DNA of 64,000 nt from Asterias rubens (GCF_902459465.1 NC_047064.1:20336001-20400000); one strand, 5' to 3'. Positions 48,692 through 61,421 are shown, numbered from the stretch's first letter. The notes: a model not told the origin generated them from the letters alone. Program-made: numbers and translations.

Positions 48692-49880
48692 TAACAACTG
48701 GTGCTCAGAAAGTCCAAATGATAGCGACCTGTTTTTAGATAAAAAAAAAAACATATTTGAAAGCTATAGGTAAATGACTCTTTTTTCACACAGAATGATC
48801 ACTTGATGAAGATAATAATTTATTTCCAGTGTTCGTGGCTGAAGGGGTACATTTTTAATTAAGTGCAATTTCCGTCTTGATCCTTCAGGGAATTCCAGAA
48901 AAGTGCTGAAGCCACGGTTGATCAGTGTCAACATGTTCGTTGCATAATAAATATAATAGTGTAGTTACTAGTTTTTATATAGGGCTTAAATCAACCGGTG
49001 TCTCAAAGCACTTATGATCATTTGTTTCCAGACAGGTTATTGAAGTTTTTTGAATTATGAGACCCATTTATGTAACACCTTGTAGAGGTTTACAAAGTGC
49101 TACAGCACAGTCAGCAGCTACTGCCAGAAATAATTAAGTAAATGTGACACTGCAGAGGGATCCCTACTAAAGCTTTAAGGCAATGGTCTTTTCTTTTCCT
49201 GGTCAGGAAGTCATAATTGCTTCTCTCCACCCAGGAGTACCATTGGGTACCGGCCGCCGGGGTGTGACCTGTGACAGACTAGCATCCTTTCTAGGGGATT
49301 TCAAAACATTCTGTCGTTTAATGCTAAGCTAACCTGATATCAACACCGGCCTGATGAGCTATATTGGTTTGGGACAGACTTTTCTATTTGTGTTTAATGT
49401 CTTGTTAGGGTACACAGAAGTATAGCTTAGGTCTTTACTCCTTCAGGCCCGGAGTTTCATCATTGAGAGGGCAAGGCCATTTTCATTTTGTAAAGGGCAC
49501 TTCCATTTGAAGGGACACCAAGGTCAAGACCAGGGCCCAATTTCATAGAGCTGCTAAGCACAAACATTTGCTTAGCATGAAATTTCTTCCTTGATAAAAA
49601 CAGGGTAACCAACCAAATTTCCATGTGATTTTCAGGATAAGCAAACTACACCTGAATACCAGGAACATGCAATATGCAACTAATGGAGATATAGTTGGTA
49701 ATAGTGAGGAAATTTCTACTGGAGCATTTCAAGGGCACCAAGGCAATGACCAGGGGGCATGGAGGCAATCGCCTTTGTTGCCTCCACGGAGTATCAGGTC
49801 TGTAAAGTATTTGTTTTTTATTCTCTTATATAAATGAAAGTGTGGCTTATTTTCTCGTTATTCTGTTTTGTTTCCTTCAG

Positions 49881-50216
49881 TTGAGTTTCTTCACTTTCCT
49901 ATCGGCCGTCTGCGTGGTCCTCCACCTGGTAGCTACGGCGCTCTCCGGCCTCAGTGGTGCCGACTTCCAGACCCTGGTCAACTGCAAGGAGAGTAGCCGC
50001 CCAAGGTCGTGCCTTTGCTGCGAGTCTCATTCCGGGTGTATGAGATGGGAGGACATGATATCTTTCGAGGGTGTGGATGACTGCTCCATGATCACTACCA
50101 CCTTGAAGGAACTCATGTACTCAGTATGCGTAACTAATATAGTTGCATGTGTAATCTGCATAGCGTCAACCATTATTGGCTGCGCATACATCGTCAAGAG
50201 GCATACAACGAGACGG
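49881..50216 (+). CDS. ENTREP2: Internal coding exon of an ENTREP/FAM189-family gene (CD20-like TM3, Cys loop, TM4)
   Basis: Acceptor ttctgttttgtttccttcag and donor cgg|gtaagc; 336 nt, 112 codons. The peptide LSFFTFLSAVCVVLHL...CLCCE...TLKELMYSVCVTNIVACVIC matches recalled FAM189A1 motifs LSAVCV, CVCCE and TLKDLLFSVCALNV. Confidence 0.9.
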
Positions 50217-50375
50217 GTAAGCTTGAATCTATCATTTTTGATAATATTAGATGTTAAATTAGCATTGGGACAAAGAGTATTCATTTGGGTTTTACCCGTA
50301 TACACCGATGTGTGTTAGCACTGTATATTCCTCACTTACAAAACACAGGACTTGAACTGCCTCTAGCCATCAGGC

Positions 50376-50548
50376 ACTCTCGGTGGTCTAGTTGGTAAGA
50401 CACTGCTCAAGAGTGGCAAGGGTCATGGGTTTGATTCCCACCCGAGTAACATGCCTGTGATTTTGTTCACAGGACTCGGGTAAGCACTGAGTATACAGTG
50501 CTAACACGCATCGGTGTATGGGTAAAAAACCCAAATTAATAATGTTCT
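50376..50548 (+). mobile_element. tRNA-derived SINE; other copies at about 46930-47110 (+) and a fragment at 50280-50335 (-)
   Basis: A box TGGTCTAGTTGG, B-like GGTTTGATTCC, and a shared body cccacccgagtaacatgcctgtga...cagtgctaacac.catcggtgtatgggtaaaaa. Confidence 0.8.
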
Positions 50549-51441
50549 TGTTAATGATATTATTAGCGGATTGGTACATGGGTTGGAGTGTTGATTGCAA
50601 CACTGCGGTATCAAACAGTGGTTATTTGTAGCCCGCGTGGGTGGAGAATGGGTCGTCAACTTGTAAAAGGTTGTTGGGGATTTACGAAAGGTAATTCTGA
50701 AGACAGCTGGGGTTTGGCGAATTTGATATTACCGTGTCATTTAACCGATCAATCAAACCGTTCTGGTTGTATGTGTGGGAGGAACGTCTTCAGACCGAGA
50801 CCAACATTGGAGACTGAGACTTGAGCCCCTTTCACACGAGAGCACTTTAGCAAGGGTCCCTTGCTAAATTCATGGTTGTGAAATTTCACAAATTGTACCT
50901 TGTGTGAAAGGACAACAATTTGTTTCTAATGTCCAAGTTTTCTTGTCAAAATCTTGTCAAACGTTTCTACTTTTGACAACCATGCTAAAATTAAGCAAGG
51001 AACCCCAGTTAAATTGCTGTTGTGTGAATAGCACTTTGGTGAGACAAAAACCAAAATAATAACGGTGTTGAGTCCAACACGCATACAACTCTCAGCTAAT
51101 TGATTTGTCTTCCTTTGACCCCGTTGAGGGTGCTGTTTACAGTGGACTTGTGATATCATATAATACGAGAGGTCATCAAAATAGGTTTGAAATGTTGTAG
51201 CTTCAACCATTGAAAACTTCCATCATCACATCAAGAGAAAATCCTAAGCTGTGAAAATTCTAGACTTTTCTCTCAGTTGGTCAATTATGAGGGACGCCAG
51301 AAATCAGCTGAAGAGTTTTTATGAGCCTCTCAGGGCTTAACCAAGAATGTCTTAATTGGACAGAGAGGTCAAGATGAAATGGGGGATAGTTTCTGGAAGA
51401 TGTTATTTTAGAACAATACAGAGTCCACTCTTAGCACCTCT

Positions 51442-51821
51442 TTAAAGGCAGTGGACACTGTTGGTAATTGTCAAAGACTAGCCTTCACAGTTGGTGTATC
51501 TCAACATATGCATAGAATAACTAACCTGTGAAAATTTGAGCTCAATCGGTCATCAAAGTTGCGAGATAATTATGAAAGAAGAAAACACCCTTGTCACACA
51601 AAGTTGGTTGATTTCGAGACCTCAAGTTCTAAATCGTGAGGTCTTGAAATCAAATTCTTGGAAAATTACTTCTTCCTCGAAAACTATGGCACTTCAGAGG
51701 GAGCCGTTTTTCACAATGTTTTATACTATCATTATCAACCTCTACCCATTACTCGTCACCAAGTAAGGTTTTAAGCTAATCATTATTTTGAGTAATTACC
51801 AATAGTGTCCACTGCCTTTAA
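51442..51821. mobile_element. Kolobok/T2-like MITE family A
   Basis: Near-perfect TIRs of about 24 bp; TTAA at both ends. Confidence 0.9.
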
Positions 51822-52307
51822 GATGATAGATTTCATCAAGAGTTGTTTTCCTGAATGAAGTTGGTAGTTTGTTTTTGCTTGTGGATTTTGACCCTGGGCC
51901 CAACTTTATAGAGTTGCATAAGCACAACAAGTAGCTAAGTGCAACATAATTTTGCTTACCTGAACAGAGTGACCAGCCGAAGTGTATGTACAAATTGTGA
52001 CTGTATCCTGCTCACTTCTGCTAAGCAGAAAATTGCTAAGCAATATTTACTGCTTAAAAGCAGCTCCATGAATTTGTGCCCTCTCGTCTGATCATTTTTA
52101 GACCAGCCAGTGACATGAAAATGAAGTTGCTACATTTACTGCGTACACAGTCAACCCTCTTACTGTCTGACCATTTAATATCATGCCCAGGGCCAAATTT
52201 TATGATGCCTGTATGCACAAAAACTTGCTGGGCACAGAAAGATATTGCTTAGCAGAAACTGGTTACCAGCCAAAAGTCCATAAAGTTTACATTGTTTTGC
52301 TTAGCAT

Positions 52308-52689
52308 TTAAAGGCAGTGGACACTATTGGTAATTACTCGAAATATTAATTAGCATAAAACCTTACTTGGTAACGAGTTATGGGGAGAGGTTGATTGTAC
52401 AAAACATTGTGAGAAACGGCTCCCTCTGAAGTGAAATAGTTTTCGAGAAAGAAGTAATTTTTAACGAATTTGATTTTGAGACCTCAAATTCTAAATTTGA
52501 GGTCTTGAAATCATGCATATGAAAGCACGCAACTTTGTGTGACAAGGGTGTTTTTCTTTCATTGTTATCTCGCAACTTCGACGACCAATTGAGCTCAAAT
52601 TTTCACAGGTTTGTTGATTTTTGCATAATGTTGAGATACACAGAGAAGACTGGTCTTTGACAATTACCAATAGTGTCCACTGTCTTTAA
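52308..52689. mobile_element. Kolobok/T2-like MITE family A (inverted relative to 51442)
   Basis: TIRs and TTAA at both ends. Confidence 0.9.
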
Positions 52690-55600
52690 ATTTGCTACGC
52701 AGACTTTTCTTCTGCTTTAGCAGAAAACATTTCTGCTTAAGAAACCAGGCCCTGCTGTGGTTTGGAAATGTTAAAAGTGATAGGAAGCCTCTTATACTGG
52801 CAACTCAACATTTCTGTTGTTCCAAACCAGTTTGTTGTATACCGCCCTCTCTTGATGTATTTCATCCAGTCCAAACTTATAATGCATTACAAGCACTGCA
52901 AAGTTCAACTTTTCTGAAGTCTTCTTGAAAACCTTCCATCAAGCCTGGAGTTCACTGACGTATACAGTGGTAATAAACACATTGGTTATAAAAATGAACA
53001 ATATTATCAAGTTAAAAGTGCTGCCTAGTATAATCTAGTGTTTGATGTACCTGCTGCTACACTGTGTAATTACAGGAGTTTTTTTTTAAAGCATTAATAA
53101 ACTTTTGTTTTCCATTGATGTGTGGCTTTCACTCAGTGCTGTTCAAGTCTTTCGGAAACAGAAGCATTTTACTTTGGTAGGATTTGAACCCACGACCCAA
53201 ATATTTTAGAGCAGATATCTTAGCCGCTAGATCACTGGGCGTATTCAGTGACAGGTTGCTGGTTCGAATCCTGTAATTAGCAGCAGGTACTGCAAAACAA
53301 AATTAACAGATGGAACACTTTGCATCTGGAACAATTTTTTGGTTTTCACAAAGCAAAGTTTTTTCAACAGCTCTTCCCCAGTCCTTTAGTGCTGGGATGT
53401 GTTAAGTTTGACTGGATTAATTTCAACTTTTTAGCTTTCAAACTCACTTGGCGTATTCAAGAACAGTTTAAAAACTTGTTAACTCCATTATGTGATGCTA
53501 CTTTAATTTGCTTGTTAGTTGTTTTTTTGTACAGCAGCACCATGAGCGCCGTTTGTGGCGGATACCAGCGCTTTAAAAAATGTCATTATTATTATAGCCA
53601 TTATTTTACCAAAATAAATGGTTCACTGTATAGATATGTAACTTAACCACAATGAGATGTTCCTTTGGATTAAAAAAACAAAAACAATTCCAAAGTTCAT
53701 TCAGTCTGCTCCTCACGCAACTTATTTTCAAAAGTGTGTGTTTGATCTTTTCTTCAACTTAAGATAACAATGCTGACCCGTCAAAGCATGATTAAATCTT
53801 TCTTTATCCAGCAATAATACTGAAGAAAAAAAACCTCTCTACCTGCAACAATTCTCAGACAATCCTCTGATTCAGACGGCTATTCATGTGATATTTTGCA
53901 ACTAAATCTGTGGTTGGTGGGAGAGGTGCTGAACCCCTGCTTGGAGCTCTAGGTTTTTGTATTTGTTCAGTTTTACGTGATCGAGTTTAATGGTGCATGG
54001 TTCTGTCAATCTGACAGTAACACCTTCCTGCTCCCTGTCTGGGTTTTTTTCTTCCCAGAAGCTGTCTGGGGTTTGTGGTCAATGATTATAAAGTAATATG
54101 GTGTTTACTTTTGAGTTGTTTGTTTACTTATGAGTGTGTTTGCCTGTTTGGGTATTGTTGTGACTGTACGTGTTGTAAGGTACAAGAAGCAATTACCTGG
54201 TGTCCAAACTGAGGGCTGTATCGTTTAAGATTGTGTTAAGAATGTCATCATTTTGTTTTTCCTTCTGTAAGTGACAGAAAGGGCTTCTGATTAGCATATG
54301 ATTATAAATATAAGGAGCTTTTTCCAAATTTCTTTACGAACAGAGAGTTTTAAAAAAAACATGGACAAGTTATTTATTTGTTTCAAATTGTTTAGGTAGT
54401 TGTTATCATTTATTTGTTCACTTGTAAAATCTTGGATTTCAATTGTGTTTGACAGGATTCAGTTTTCCCCCAATTGGCTCATTGAATAATGGCATTCTTT
54501 GTTGATGATTCGAAACACAAATAAACCCCAGGGTGCGTGATTGAACATTGGAACTAGCAGGGGACCTGTAACAATAGTTTCACAACTTCTTACACTACAT
54601 GCCTGATGACTCATAACATGCTAAATTTAGATTTAAAGCAACAGGCCACTTTTGGTTTGACTGAGAGATTTGTTAACTTAGGTGGAGTTGTATTTTACCA
54701 TCTGTAGGCACTTGCTCTTTAGACCTTTCTATCACAATGTACCAGCCCAAGTTTTTGCCAACTGAGATTGGAAAACTATGGAAAGCCATAAATGAAAAAA
54801 CACAGATGGCCACAGATTGCAACAATGTCATACAACTATTCAAAATTAGTGTTGAATTTGTTGGATACAAAGCAGCTAATCTATTTATTTAATTTGAAGT
54901 GTCCTTTGCTTAAGGAAAGTGGCCTTGCCCTCTCAAAGATGAAATTCTTGGCAACGGAAAGATATTTAATGACTTGCTCTCCCCAGAAAAGTACTTTTCA
55001 TAATTTTTTATAATGTAATGTTCTAGAAAATCTCTTTTTTATTGTTTTTGTTTTATTATTTATAACTAGGAACAGCAATCATCAAATCATACTAATTAAT
55101 TAAAAAATAAATGTCTGGTCCTGATAATTTCGAGTAATTTCATATGGGTAGAATATTTTTCACAAAACCCAACCCCAAGGTGAAGGGGTCAAGAAAAACA
55201 TCCATCAAATGGTAAAGGTTACTCAATCTGTATGAGTCCTTGGTGTGTTATGAGTCAATCTGCCTGATGCGTTAGAGTTAAGTATGTAGTTTCGGAACTT
55301 CTAGAAGACCTTAAGTTCTAGAGACCTTCTTAGTGTGAGACCTTCCCTGAGAGAGAGAGAGACACGCCAAAATCCGATAGTTGTTGGCTCTCCAGGTAGA
55401 TGGAAACTGATGCTAAATTTGGAGCCAGATGTCGACCAGGCACAGGTAAGATCTGTCCTGACACAGCGGGCGGGGGAAATAACTCCAAGAGTTTTGCCTA
55501 AAAGGTTTGAAGCAGTTGGTGTTTACGGGGATCCAGGAGTGTGAATTTAATACTCTGAGGTTTTCAGAATGTACTTCATGTGATGGTGTCAAAGGTAAAT

Positions 55601-55707
55601 TACATGTAGCTATGTTTCATGGATAGAATTGAGGCAGTTCTTGTTTTTTATAAGTTAAAGAGAAACGTTGAACAGTAATTTTAGAACAGTTGGGTATTAC
55701 ATTGTTT

Positions 55708-56099
55708 TTAAAGGAACACGTTGCCTTGGATCGGACGAGTTGGTCTTTGAAAAGCGTTCTGTAACCTGTTGTTATAAAATGCATATGGGTAGAAAGATGT
55801 TTTAAAAGTAGAATACAATGATTTACACAAATATGCCTCGAAATTGTGTGGTATTCTTTTTACCTCGTCGACTAACACGGTCGGCCATTTATGGGAGTCA
55901 AATTTTTGACTCCCATAAATGGCTGACCGTGTTAGTTCGCGACGTAAAAGGAAAACCGTGCAATTTTGAGTGATACTTGTGTGGATCATTATATTTTACT
56001 TTTAAAACATCTTTCTAACCATATACATTTTATAACAAACGGTTTCAAACGCTTTTTGTAGACCAACTCGTCCGATCCAAGGCAACATGTTCCTTTCAA
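55708..56099. mobile_element. TTAA MITE family B, full length
   Basis: Long TIR AGGAACACGTTGCCTTGGATCGGACGAGTTGGTCT. Central hairpin at 55871-55936 with 32-bp arms and 1 mismatch. Confidence 0.9.
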
Positions 56100-56745
56100 G
56101 TGAGATATTCACTTTATGGTCAGTGAAGTGTAGGCCTACATGTATATTACATGTAGGGTACACTGGATATTTTCTGTATTTTCAAAGACAATTTTTTTTG
56201 GTTAAAGTTTTAGGAGTTTGGGGTAGTGAAAAAACTTTCCTTTGAATCTTACATCTTACACGATTTGTTGCGTCAAATTGATACCTTTAATCTGCTCGTG
56301 GCATTTTGATGTTAAAGTCAATGTTCGCTTATGCCACATGTGAACCTCTTCGTTATGTAAACACGGTAGAGTGAGAAGCTAGTTATCTTTTAAGAGCAGA
56401 TCAAAATAAATAAATTTGATCTGCCATATCAATGGGGAAAAAAAATCCTTAATAAAAACCCAAGCATCAACAAGAAGTTGGAGATTTTCTGAACTACGTC
56501 TGACTGAGCACAGCTCTTTGGTCTGAGTGAAGGAATTTCCTCTTGTGAGGCCATGGTTATTGTTTCATGCCAGGATCTAAAGTTGTCATTAGTTCGATTG
56601 GAATTCTCCTTTCCTCTGGATCCTCTGGAAGAACTTCTTTGATCTATGAAATTAATTTTAAAACTCAGCACCTTGAAAGGTTTTATCCGGGATTGGCAGA
56701 GCTGAAATAGATAATGTTCATGTTTCTGTGTGATCAACCATACAT

Positions 56746-57100
56746 TTAAGGCACTGGACACTATTGGTAATTGTCAAAGACCAGTCTTCTCACTTGCTGT
56801 ATCTCAACGTGCATAAAATAAAAAAACCTGTGTATTTTTAGCTCAATTGGTCGTAGGAGTTGCAAGATAATATTGAAAAAAAAAAAAAAAAAAACACCTT
56901 GTCACCTCAAATTCTAAATCTGAGGTCTGAAAATCAAATTCGTGGAAAATAACCTCTTTCTCGAAAACTATGTCAATTTCAGAGGGAGCCGTTTCTCAAA
57001 ATGTTTTATACTATCAATAGCTTCCCATTACTCGTTACCAAGTAAGGTTTTATGGTAATAATTGTTTTGAGTAATTACCAATAGTGTCCGCTGCCTTTAA
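56746..57100. mobile_element. Kolobok/T2-like MITE family A
   Basis: TIRs and TTAA at both ends, with a small internal deletion. Confidence 0.9.
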
Positions 57101-57323
57101 ATCTTTTGTGTGAGTCAGGAGAAAATGATGAAAAACCATGCCTGAAACACATTGTCCTTAATTTTAGTTGGAAAAACCAAATTAGAATATGACATCATTT
57201 CAGAGGGGAATATTTAAAAGATTTTTGTTTTGTTTTTAGTATGAACTTCATAATCAGTGAGCTTTCAGTCCCAAATTAAACAATTATATTTTCTATCCTT
57301 ATTTTTAATCCTGTATAATACCT

Positions 57324-57693
57324 TTAAAGCCATACACACTTTCGGTAAACAGTATTGTCCAAGGCCCACACTTTGTGTATCACAACTTATATATAAAATA
57401 ACAAACCTGTGAAAATTTAGGCTCAATCGGACATCGGAGTCAGGAGAAAATAACGGGAAAACCCACCCTTGTTTCCGCACGTTTCGCCATGTCATGACAT
57501 GTGTTTAAAATAAATTCGTAATTCTCGATATCGAGAATTGATATTTTAATGTTTTTTCAAAAAGTAAAGTGTTTCATGGAATAATATTTCAAGAGAAGTC
57601 TTTCGACATTACCTTCTGTAAACCCTGTAAGTTATTTGTAAATCTGTGAACATTTAATTTTTTTTCTGTTCCGAAAGTGTCCAATGGCTTTAA
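57324..57693. mobile_element. TTAA MITE family D
   Basis: TTAA-AGCCATACACACTTTCGG...CCGAAAGTGTCCAATGGCT-TTAA. Central perfect palindrome AATTCTCGATATCGAGAATT at 57520-57539. Confidence 0.9.
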
Positions 57694-58053
57694 AGGATTT
57701 GGTTAACTTTTTCAAAATGTCCATAGATTTACATTAAACTTACAGGGTTTGAAGATAATGATAGTGGAAAACTTCCCTTCAAATATTACTTACTGAGGTG
57801 CTGTAGTTTTTGAGACATTAGTAAAACAATGTCATGAAAATACGTTTGTAAATGATTAAAATAATTTCCGTCTCATGAGACGAAAATTATTTTCATGACA
57901 TCGTTTTACTCATTTCCCAAAAACTACAGCACCTCAACACGTAATATTTTCGGGGAAGCTTTCTACTATCATTATCTTCAAACTGTGTAAGTTTAGTGTA
58001 AATCTGTGGACATTGGGTTTTTTTGTCCTACAAAAGTTACATAGACCCTTTAA
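57690..58053. mobile_element. TTAA fold-back MITE family C
   Basis: Homologous to 33549. Central palindrome CGTCTCATGAGACG at 57869-57882. Its left TTAA is shared with the family-D copy. Confidence 0.85.
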
Positions 58054-58787
58054 ATGCATTTTGCAACATCTGTTTTTCTGAGACAAGATATCTTGTACTT
58101 CTCAAGCCTCCTCCACTATTAATGAGATCACTTTCCTCTGATGAAGACGTAATGCTCAAGACATTTCAAAATGTGAAGAGCACTTGACAGATGAATTGCA
58201 TTCATGTCAGTCAATGAGGGCGACACTGGTCCCCTGCTGTGCCACTGGTAACATTTATGGTGTACACTGACAGATATATATCTGTGTAAGGATTGCAGAT
58301 GGAGTTTTTAACCAATCATTGATCTGTCAGATGCCCATTGGAATATATTTGTAAAGGGGTAATAAAAAGTTGCTGGTTTTTAAGAGAGGATATTCGGTAT
58401 GGTAACAGAAACAAACAAAAGACGAATAGTATTTGTGTATTTGTAAGAGAATTATTTTACTGGTATCCCGTTTTAAAAAATAAATCATATTTAAATATCA
58501 TTAACAATATTGGTGCCACTTCAAGCAGAAGTTTGCCAGTTCTCTAAAATCTTGGGTTAAACGATTTGAATATAAAGAAAAGTTGGAATGGTCTTTAATA
58601 TGCAAAACATCACAGGCATGGTACTTTGTCATGGAAGGTCCTTGAATATAAGGGAATCAATGTGTGGTGAAGAGGTTTTCAACTAGTGGTTTAATCCCAA
58701 CGAGGCCTGGTTCTTGATAATTTTACCGACACGAAGTATCCAATCAACTGTTTGAGAAAGGAAGAGTTACACAAACTATCTTGGTTT

Positions 58788-58838
58788 CCAACAGACAAGC
58801 TTAGCAGCAGCATTTTGAACTTTTTGAAGTCTAGATAA
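58788..58838 (-). mobile_element. L2/CR1-clade LINE ORF2 C-terminal remnant
   Basis: Translates to LSRLQKVQNAAAKLVCW, matching the L2 hallmark LQxxQNAAARL. The flanks are degraded. Confidence 0.55.
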
Positions 58839-60319
58839 AACTTAACAATGTTAATAAATTCTCCTCAAAACTTGAGCATTTCTTTATAAACCCTAGGCAC
58901 CCTCCCCCGTAACTATATTATGTCAAAAATGTTTCCATCCTATTTTGAGTCCCGCCAAGTCTTCAGGCTGTTTTAACTTTTTTTGAAGTAAAATAGCAGC
59001 TGTTCGGTAACCAGGCAGATGCCATTAACTGCTGACAAATAATACCAGATATTTGAAATAAATAAAACCTCCCAACACTCATAAATAGATTTCCCCTGAG
59101 AGAAGATCTCGTAATTTATTCTCCAGAAGAAAAAAAACGAAAGAAAAAAAAAACATCTTGAATAGATAAGGTCATTCCAAAGGATTGCCCTAATTGTTGT
59201 CGCTAGAAAAAAAGTGACCTTTGGAGATCGCTTCAACTGCTTGTTTTTCTTTTATGAAATTGTTTCCAATTTGGATTTGAGAAATGAGGCGACTTTCAAT
59301 ACCTTCTTTGTTAATTTCTTTGCACTTACAATAATTTGTTAGAGAGATTAATAATCTCACCTTGCTGTTTTGATTTCTGAGTATACATGTAAGTCGCTTC
59401 ACAGCTGAGGCTAAAGAAATAGGAAGATGTCTAAGGAACTGCAACCTCTTCCTCAAGATTGATGTAAGAAACACATGGGATGTTTAATTTGTTTTGTACA
59501 ATAACATAACTTATGGGTTCTCACTCATTTATGGTTGGTTTGGGTAAATTTAGCTTCAGTAAATTAAGGAAAATTCCTCACTCGCCGAAGATTCCTAAAT
59601 AAATAAAAATACATGTGACTTTTCAAGGTTCCTCAAAATCGTCATTTTATTGTTAATGTTTGTTGTGAGAGAACATTCACTGTGAAGGATTGGAAGAAAA
59701 AGTAAGACTTAAACCAACAACAAAGTAAGACAAGATAGTCTGCTAGTGACCATAGGGAGTGATTTGGTTGATAAACCACTCACAAGGGTGTGAAATTACA
59801 CCCCCCCCCCAATATCCAAGTACATCAAGCATTTCTATAAAAAAAAATGACCATAAATGGTCATCATTTCTCAGCAATAAACAAAGAGGACGATCCTGAC
59901 TGATGGGCCATGTTTGGGTCTGATAGAACTGTTTATTTAGAGGATACTGTTTCCAAATGTCTGATAATGTGCCTGAGGGTGGGCCATCTTGGTACATGTA
60001 CATACTCCCAGAACAATTTCGTAAGACTACCAAACAGTTCTCAAATGCAGCGCCTAGGATGAGGCAGTCTTCTTTCGTTTAACATTTACATGACAAGACT
60101 TTTTCTACAGCTTGCAAAGGCAACATTACCATATCAAGGAATTTATACCCAATATTTTGCTGGACCATGGAGGTAAGGCTCAACTAATTTAAAATGATTG
60201 TGTACAATTTTTAACGAAGGCCGTTTTGTAATTGTTAGAATCGCTTGAAGTTGGAGCTACAGGAGAGGGGAATAGATCCACCATGGCAGTAGTCTAGCTG
60301 CACTAGAATCACTTGAAGC

Positions 60320-60706
60320 TTAAAGGCAGTGGACACTATTGGTAATTACTCAAAATAATTATCACCATAAAACCTCACTTGGTAACGAGTAATAGGGAGA
60401 GGTTGATAGTATAAAACATTGTGAGAAACGGCTCCCTCTGAAGTGACATAGTTTTCGAGAAAGAAGTAATTTATCACGAATTTGATTTCGAGACCTGAAG
60501 TTTAGAATTTGAGGTCTCGAAATCAAGCATCTGAAAGCACACAACTTCATATGACAAGGTTGTATTTTCTTTCATAGTTATTTCGCAACTCCGACGACCA
60601 ATTGAGCCCAAATTTTCACAAGGTTGTTATTTTATGCATATGTTGAGATACACTCAGTGAGAAGACTGGTCTTTGACAATTTACCAATAGTGTCCATTGT
60701 CTGTAA
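60320..60706. mobile_element. Kolobok/T2-like MITE family A
   Basis: Left TTAA-AGGCAGTGGACACTATTGG. The right TIR is slightly degenerate (gtccattgtct-gtaa). Confidence 0.85.
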
Positions 60707-61189
60707 CAGGAGTGTGCTGCAGATCGAATGGCAGTTATTTGTGACAGTTTTTGTAATGTAATTGTAATGTTTTTGATACATGTAATTGATCCGGAAGGGA
60801 ATTAGAGGGTATAGGACTGGGGGATGGTGGGTTGAAGAAGGACAAGGTCAAGTTATCACTGGTTAGCTCATTAAGAAGAGATTGCCCTAGTTTATCCAGG
60901 GTTGACCTGCTGGGAGATGTCAGTCTGTAGATATACTGTTTACATCATGGGATATAGAGACTTCAACTAAAGATCTACCTAGAGTATAAACACCTCATTG
61001 ATTTGAGAAGAAACAGCTTTGAGTTTGATCGCATCACAGAGGAAGAATTGTCTTCAGTTCGTTCATAGATGCTTGCAGTAAGTTTGTTTAGAAAGTGTTT
61101 TGTTTAGGTCAATCTAATTAGGATTTGAAACTTTGGATGGTGGAAATCTGATATGGAAAGGTTTGCGGTAACACCATGTAATGACTATC

Positions 61190-61266
61190 TCTAAAGAGTT
61201 GGGGTGGTTCTGAAAAGAACAGTGGTTTCAACTCGACGTTTCGATCAGTATGCTCTGATCGTCTTG
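61190..61266 (-). mobile_element. Penelope-like terminal-repeat fragment with a truncated hammerhead motif
   Basis: Minus strand reads (ccc)AAGA-C-GATCAG-agcata-CTGATC-GAAAC-GTC-gag. Related fragments form an inverted pair at about 27590-27640 and 27722-27785. Confidence 0.55.
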
Positions 61267-61421
61267 GGTCTTATGTCAATCTAATTTAAATTTGGAATTT
61301 AGATGCATAGGAGTGTATGTGTTGATTGAGTCTAGTTTACTTTCATTGTACTTTGTTTGTGTGTACTTGTACTTTTTCATGTTTTGCTCTTTAGGTCTGT
61401 GTAGTTTAGGATGAGTCCCTT

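Noticed and set aside
56429-56761. 110-aa minus ORF with faint LINE-like EEI..PKSC motif or possible exon
   Set aside because: The similarity is too short, the ORF begins inside a MITE, and there is no good donor.
58135-58185. CTGATGA...AAAATGT hammerhead-like string
   Set aside because: The GAAA core and stem II are not intact; chance or a very decayed relic.
58973-59474. Minus ORFs faintly like an L1/Tx1 ORF2 C-terminus (ILWN...GKSIY..W)
   Set aside because: Only scattered residues match, so it cannot be supported without a profile search.
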